Origin: an uncultured Bdellovibrionales bacterium
GTDB taxonomy: Bacteria > Patescibacteriota > Minisyncoccia > Moranbacterales > GWC2-37-73
Direction: 5' to 3'
DNA: 64,000 bases
Assembly (NCBI GenBank): GCA_964609855.1
Contig: CAZSTB010000007.1
Location: forward strand, 94-64,093
Shown: piece by piece, positions 59,062 to 64,000 of the stretch
Layout: each line of letters starts with the position of its first letter
Position numbering within the stretch: position 1 is the first letter of the stretch
Translations under genes and position numbers: made by a program
Notes under the pieces: generated by a model
What the model saw: only the letters and a program-made list of their open reading frames with translations
The model's database searches: none
What the model was told of the DNA's origin: nothing

Positions 59062-59274
59062 ATGATACCGAAAAATAAATACACTCCTTTATATGTTGAA
59101 TCTAAGAAAGATATATGAATTAGAAACAAGCTAAAGCAATATAATATATTAAGTTTTTAATGAACAATTGATAAAAGAACATGAAAAGCACCATAGAAGT
59201 GCCTTTCGAGTTCCTTCATTTGTATAAATAATTCAAATGATACAGGATTCGCAACCAAAAATATTTTTATGTTT

Positions 59275-59679
59275 TTAATTCAGCCTGAAAATTTTAGTTA
59301 CCATTTCCATCTTATACATAATAGGCAAATCATTTTCAGGAAAATCAAATTTTTCTTTCACTCCATCATCTTCATGAATCATGGCATGCAGGGTCGGTGT
59401 CGCCCTGGGAACATCAACTTTCACCTTCACATCATTATTAACTCCCGGATTTATTTTGGTGTATCCAATTACTGGTCCTGGCACTCCATCATCATTTGTT
59501 TGAATAACTAGCCAGCCAGACTTGGATGAAGAAACTTCTGACACAGTTATTTCTCCATTCAAATCACGCTGATCTGAAACTGAAACGCTTGGAACAATCG
59601 AGGTCTTTTGATTAAAAACGAAAACGAGCACTGCGGCAACCACTAAGAATAAAATTCCGAAAATATATTGTTTTTTCAT
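59275..59679 (-). CDS. Hypothetical small secreted protein
   Basis: 134 aa; signal peptide 'MKKQYIFGILFLVVAAVLVFV'. Confidence 0.5.
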   Translation of the reverse strand: MKKQYIFGILFLVVAAVLVFVFNQKTSIVPSVSVSDQRDLNGEITVSEVSSSKSGWLVIQTNDDGVPGPVIGYTKINPGVNNDVKVKVDVPRATPTLHAMIHEDDGVKEKFDFPENDLPIMYKMEMVTKIFRLN

Positions 59680-59691
59680 ATTTTTTTCAGG

Positions 59692-59716
59692 AGGCGAAAC
59701 CGAATTTCGCCTCCGT
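59692..59716 (-). terminator. Strong GC hairpin between copA and downstream gene (possible terminator/attenuator; pairs GGAGG with CCUCC)
   Basis: ggaggcgaaa-ccgaa-tttcgcctcc, 10-bp perfect stem; no canonical U-tract on minus strand. Confidence 0.3.
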
Positions 59717-59772
59717 TAATTTTAATTTGATTTATTGTCCACCAAGCTATGCTATCGAAAGGTTAGGAACGT

Positions 59773-62700
59773 TTACATTTTGATTTGAAAATCATTTCCC
59801 ACGAAGTGGAAATTATCCAGCACCGTTTTTGTTTCAGGTAAAATTCCGGCGATGATCACATCATTTCCAAAGAATCCCTCTAGTCGGTCTCCTTCTTTTT
59901 GGAAAAGATTTTCTGCAATCATCATCTTAGCCTCAGCTGCTCCAATGTAGATAGGTTGATATTTCTTAGCCCCGATTGTCACCGCTGAAAATGAATCGCT
60001 GGCGATATTTTTTTGCAGCTTCGTCGGAACATTATTTCCCTCGATTGTATAGAAGAATTTGGCTACGTCGCCGTTCAGAGCAACTCTGGCCTGAGCAGCT
60101 GTCGTAAGATTAGCAAAAGTGTTTTTATTCACAACATGAAGTTCATCCAATTCTGTCCCTGTCGCTTCAGTAATTCCGGAAACTTTCATAGCTGCAATTC
60201 CAAAGAAATCTTTCAATACATCTCCCGGTTTCTGGATAAGTTTTTCTTCCTTCATCATGGCAGCTTCCTTGGCGCCTACAAGCATAGAATTGTCGCCCAG
60301 CAGCGCACTTCCTTCAACTTTAGCCAATGACTCATCGAAAGAATTAACGCCTAGGAAAACTTTCGGCTCACCTTCAGCAAAATTAATTTTCAAACTTCCT
60401 TGCGCCATGAATGCACTAGCCTTTTTCATCATCTGCTCGCTGACAGGTTTCCCTGAAGCATCAGCTTCCATCCCACTTGAGAATTTGGCAAATTCATAAA
60501 ATCCAAAAGTAAACACCGCCATCATGATAATCGGCGCAACAATTGAAATGTAATTTCTTTTGCCAGGCTTGAACAATTTAAGCAGTAGCGAATTTCCCAC
60601 GACCGAGATTGAACTCAAGGCCATCGCAAGTCCCGCAAGTTCAGGTTTAAGCACGAGTCCGAAAGCGAAAAACACACGAGCCGCAATCGGAATTCCGATC
60701 ACATTATAGAACAAGGCGAAGAACATATTCTGACGAATCTTACTCATTGTTTCTTTTGAAAGCTCGAAAGAAGTTACAACGTCGTTAAGATCACTTTTCA
60801 TAATCACAATGTCTCCTGCTTCCATCGCAACGTCAGTTCCGCTTCCCATCGCAATTCCCACATTGGCCTGAGCCAGCGCCGGCGCATCATTAACACCGTC
60901 TCCAACCATGGCAACTTTCTTGCCGGTTGCTTGGATTTTCTTCACTTCATTAGCTTTGTCCTCAGGCAAAACTTCTGCCAAAATGTTTGTGATTCCCACT
61001 TGAAGCCCAATAGCTTTTGCTGTGCGAGCATTGTCTCCAGTGATCATCCAGACTTCAATTCCCATCTTCTTCAATTTCTCAACAGCTTCTCTGGATGTTT
61101 CTTTGACAGTGTCAGCAACTGCGATGATTCCAACAATTCCTTCTTTAGTAGCTAGAATCATAGCTGTCTTTCCTTGTTCCTCAAGGCGAGCCATCTTGCG
61201 CTCGATTTTTTTGACATCCAATTCCAAAGTTTCAATCATCAACTTTCGAGTTCCGATGTAATAAGTTGTTCCATTAATATCACCTTGCACGCCGCGCCCC
61301 GTGATCGAATTGAAATTAGCAACTTCTTCCAAATCAATATTTTCTTCTTCAGCATGATTGCAAATAGCTTCAGCCAAAGGGTGTTCTGAAAGTTTTTCTA
61401 GACTTGCAGATATTGCTAAAATCTCATCTTCATCTTGAGATCCTAATGCAACTATATCGGTCACTTCCGGTTTCCCATGCGTCAGTGTTCCAGTCTTGTC
61501 GAAAATAACTGCGGAAATGTTGCTGGCGGCTTCCAATGCTTCCCCACCTTTAACCAATACTCCATATTCAGCGCCTTTTCCAGTTCCCACCATCAGTGAG
61601 GTCGGTGTTGCTAAACCAAGAGCACAAGGACATGCGATCACGATTACAGATGTGAAAGCCATGAGTGAGAATGCAAGAGTTGCTCCAAGTGCGAAATACC
61701 AAACTCCGAATGTCAAAATTGCCAAAATGATGACTGCTGGCACAAACCAAGCTGAAATTTTGTCAGCCACATTTTGAATCGGCGCCTTTGATCCCTGGGC
61801 ATCTTCAATCAAACGGATGATTTGGGCCAATGCAGTTTCGCTTCCGACCTTAGTCGCTTCAAATTCGAAACTTCCGGTTTTGTTTACTGTTCCACCAATC
61901 ACGCTGTCACCCACCTTTTTTTCCACTGGCAAACTTTCTCCCGTGATCATAGATTCATCAACAGCGGATGAGCCTTTCATAATTTTTCCATCCACAGGAA
62001 CCTTTTCTCCCGGACGAACAATGATAACATCTCCATGAATCACATCTTCAATAGCGATGTCCAGAGTCTGGCCAGAGCGAATCACACGAGCAGTCTTAGC
62101 TTGCAGCCCCATCAATTTCTTGATTGCATCTGAAGTTTTTCCTTTAGTGCGGATTTCCAGCCATTTTCCAAGAATCACAAAAGTGATCAGATAAGCAGCG
62201 GTTTCAAAATATAGATCAGGAATTTTCATGCCACCGACTCCAATCAAGGAATTGTTTGCAAGCACATAATTCACATAGTTATATAAACTGTAGAAAAAGG
62301 CGGTTGAAGTTCCGATTGCAATCAAACTGTCCATGTTGAAAGTCTTCATCTTGAGTGATGACCACATTCCTTTGTAGAATCCTGCTCCGATAACAAACTG
62401 CACAGGGATTGTGAGGAGCAAAGAGAACACACCGATGTAAGGAGCCAGTGATTTCTCACCCGGAATCCAGTCAGCAAAATCGAAAGCCATAAAATATAGC
62501 ATCGGCAAACTCAAAATGAAACTGAAGATAAACTTACTCCAAAGAGTTGAACTTTCCTTTTCCCTCTTTCGCGTTTCATATTCAGTATCTTTCGCATCAA
62601 CTTGCTCACCCTTATATCCGACTTTCGCAATCGCATCAATCAAATTTTTCGTAGTCGAAACATTTTCGTCAAAAAGAATGGAAGCTTTTTCTGCTGAAAA

Positions 62701-63411
62701 ATTTACCGTAGCCTGCTTAACTCCAGGTGTTTTTTTGAGTTGCCTTTCGATGATGTTGGCACATGAACTGCAATGCATCCCGAAAAGCGAAAGACTCACG
62801 CGCTTGTTTGAATCCGCATCTTTAGTTGCAACATTTGCGGAAGTAGTGGAAACATGATTCTCAATTTGCACAGTCTCGTTTTTAGTTGAAGGTTGTTTTT
62901 TATCGCTTCCAATAACCGCATCAAAAAGATGGGCCATACTTGAAGCTTTCACGAGTTGATCAACGAAACTTTTTGCTTCATTATCTCCAGAGGGAACATC
63001 AAACTCAGCACTTCTGTCGTTTTTTATTTTTCCTTCAAAATACGACTTTCCATCTGCTGATTCCATCACCCTTCCTTCAGCCTCAATCCTTGCTTCCAAT
63101 TTCATCTTGATAGGCTTTCCAGCGGAAACCTTGTTCTGGACGATTGATATTTCCGATTTTTCGATCGGCATTTTCCCATCCTCAAGCATTTCTTCATTTA
63201 CTATTTCCGCCTTATACCCGGCGCGAACAATCGCATCTAGAATGTCTTGATTCTTGTTTTTTTCAGTATCAAGTACAAGCTCTCCTTTTCCGGTTTGAGC
63301 GTCTATCTTGATGTCACTCACTCCTGACAATTCACCAAGTTCCTCCTTAGCAATCATTTCGCATGATGCGCAATGCATACCAACGATCTGCAATGTTATT
63401 TTATGTCTCAT
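59773..63411 (-). CDS. copA: Copper-translocating P1B-type ATPase with two N-terminal HMA domains and an unusual ~330 aa C-terminal extension
   Basis: 1212 aa; 'GMHCASC' and 'GMHCSSC' HMA motifs, '[10 protein letters not shown]', 'DKTGTLT', '[10 protein letters not shown]'. Confidence 0.9.
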   Translation of the reverse strand: MRHKITLQIVGMHCASCEMIAKEELGELSGVSDIKIDAQTGKGELVLDTEKNKNQDILDAIVRAGYKAEIVNEEMLEDGKMPIEKSEISIVQNKVSAGKPIKMKLEARIEAEGRVMESADGKSYFEGKIKNDRSAEFDVPSGDNEAKSFVDQLVKASSMAHLFDAVIGSDKKQPSTKNETVQIENHVSTTSANVATKDADSNKRVSLSLFGMHCSSCANIIERQLKKTPGVKQATVNFSAEKASILFDENVSTTKNLIDAIAKVGYKGEQVDAKDTEYETRKREKESSTLWSKFIFSFILSLPMLYFMAFDFADWIPGEKSLAPYIGVFSLLLTIPVQFVIGAGFYKGMWSSLKMKTFNMDSLIAIGTSTAFFYSLYNYVNYVLANNSLIGVGGMKIPDLYFETAAYLITFVILGKWLEIRTKGKTSDAIKKLMGLQAKTARVIRSGQTLDIAIEDVIHGDVIIVRPGEKVPVDGKIMKGSSAVDESMITGESLPVEKKVGDSVIGGTVNKTGSFEFEATKVGSETALAQIIRLIEDAQGSKAPIQNVADKISAWFVPAVIILAILTFGVWYFALGATLAFSLMAFTSVIVIACPCALGLATPTSLMVGTGKGAEYGVLVKGGEALEAASNISAVIFDKTGTLTHGKPEVTDIVALGSQDEDEILAISASLEKLSEHPLAEAICNHAEEENIDLEEVANFNSITGRGVQGDINGTTYYIGTRKLMIETLELDVKKIERKMARLEEQGKTAMILATKEGIVGIIAVADTVKETSREAVEKLKKMGIEVWMITGDNARTAKAIGLQVGITNILAEVLPEDKANEVKKIQATGKKVAMVGDGVNDAPALAQANVGIAMGSGTDVAMEAGDIVIMKSDLNDVVTSFELSKETMSKIRQNMFFALFYNVIGIPIAARVFFAFGLVLKPELAGLAMALSSISVVGNSLLLKLFKPGKRNYISIVAPIIMMAVFTFGFYEFAKFSSGMEADASGKPVSEQMMKKASAFMAQGSLKINFAEGEPKVFLGVNSFDESLAKVEGSALLGDNSMLVGAKEAAMMKEEKLIQKPGDVLKDFFGIAAMKVSGITEATGTELDELHVVNKNTFANLTTAAQARVALNGDVAKFFYTIEGNNVPTKLQKNIASDSFSAVTIGAKKYQPIYIGAAEAKMMIAENLFQKEGDRLEGFFGNDVIIAGILPETKTVLDNFHFVGNDFQIKM

Positions 63412-63445
63412 ATTAAGATTAGGTTATTTATTATATTTACAATAT

Positions 63446-63652
63446 TTATTCTTTTTCAATCGTGTGCCCAGCTGCAGCCACCGCCTCTGAAAACTCATTC
63501 ATTGCGATTTCGCGGTCGGCCTCGACAACAGCGTCTCCATTATCCTTGATATCCACACGTTGCACACCCTTAATTTTTTTGATTTTCATGGTCGCCAATT
63601 TAACACAAGACTCGCAATGAAAACCGTTCACTTTGAATTTTATTTCGCTCAT
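63446..63652 (-). CDS. copZ: Copper chaperone CopZ (HMA domain)
   Basis: 68 aa; 'GFHCESCV' metal-binding motif. Confidence 0.85.
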   Translation of the reverse strand: MSEIKFKVNGFHCESCVKLATMKIKKIKGVQRVDIKDNGDAVVEADREIAMNEFSEAVAAAGHTIEKE

Positions 63653-63666
63653 ATATTTTCTTAATC

Positions 63667-63939
63667 TTATTTGTTAGATAACTTGGTAACTTTCAGGATT
63701 TCATCTATCATCTGATCATGTTTTTTCGCACTGTCGGAATTAAACGCATCAGTGAAACATCCTCGCAAATGGCCTTCCATGATCATGCTATTGGCGCTGC
63801 GAAGCAGTCCAATGACCGCCAAATTCTGCTGCATGATATCAATACAATATTTGTCCTCCTCTATCATCGAGATTATCTTATCAACATGAGAGCGGGCTTT
63901 CTTAAAATTTGTCAGTGACAACTCCTTTGATTTTTTCAT
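63667..63939 (-). CDS. csoR: CsoR-family copper-sensing transcriptional repressor
   Basis: 90 aa; DUF156 helical bundle with 'C..I..Q......L......M..HL..C' ligand pattern; first gene of csoR-copZ-copA. Confidence 0.8.
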   Translation of the reverse strand: MKKSKELSLTNFKKARSHVDKIISMIEEDKYCIDIMQQNLAVIGLLRSANSMIMEGHLRGCFTDAFNSDSAKKHDQMIDEILKVTKLSNK

Positions 63940-63976
63940 GATGTTTTACTTACTTAATTATATTATTTAATTGCCA

Positions 63977-63999
63977 TACCTATACCTATGGTATAGGTA
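63977..63999. promoter_or_regulatory. Predicted CsoR operator: perfect inverted repeat TACCTATACC-TAT-GGTATAGGTA ~40 bp upstream of csoR
   Basis: 10-bp arms, TACC..GGTA ends as in characterised CsoR operators. Confidence 0.45.
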
Positions 64000-64000
64000 C

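Overview
This 64 kb window is low-GC, gene-dense bacterial DNA. Its gene content suggests a small-genome Patescibacteria/CPR-like bacterium (inference): tiny intergenic spacers with AT-rich periodic repeats, a eukaryote-like type-2 IleRS, a bacterial Elp3, and an rplK-rplA unit not followed by rplJL. Most genes lie on the minus strand. I found no rRNA, CRISPR array, transposase or prophage integrase.

Features I can support:
- Housekeeping genes: miaA, gatB, leuS, ileS, argS, tgt, rlmN, rsmI, uvrA, recO, trxB, folD, and a secE-nusG-rplK-rplA block followed divergently by tRNA-Ala(UGC) and tRNA-Ile(GAU).
- A pyrimidine deoxynucleotide cluster: a MazG-like hydrolase, dut, folA, a thyA-like gene, a dCMP-deaminase fusion protein, a P-loop kinase, two GalT-branch HIT proteins and an HldE-domain-II-like nucleotidyltransferase.
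- Metal homeostasis: NRAMP (mntH) and a csoR-copZ-copA operon in which CopA carries an unusual C-terminal domain. There is also a second CsoR paralog with a DUF2892 membrane protein. Both CsoR genes have predicted operator palindromes upstream.
- A MacB/FtsX-type ABC pair, ArsR, PAP2, HAD-like, YvcK, NTP-transferase, GT1 and tandem Nudix paralogs.
- A contiguous seven-gene minus-strand cluster (45.5-52.9 kb) that encodes only secreted or membrane-anchored proteins. These include Cys-rich paralogs, a Gly-rich protein with a C-terminal phage-tail-fibre-like S74 intramolecular-chaperone domain, and a protein with dockerin-like Ca-binding repeats.

Findings worth a second look:
- A family of small palindromic TGTCAT...ATGACA elements with five copies. 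Three are inserted in-frame, in the same orientation and frame, inside miaA, the Elp3-like gene and rlmN. This resembles Rickettsia palindromic elements.
- A conserved ~65-nt 5'-leader motif (two copies) with a covarying hairpin.
- A conserved motif abutting the stop codons of three unrelated genes.
- A duplicated tRNA-Ile 3' half next to a GC-rich hairpin.
- Perfect 24-28 bp TTACGTAA-type palindromes (two copies).
- Several intergenic repeat families.
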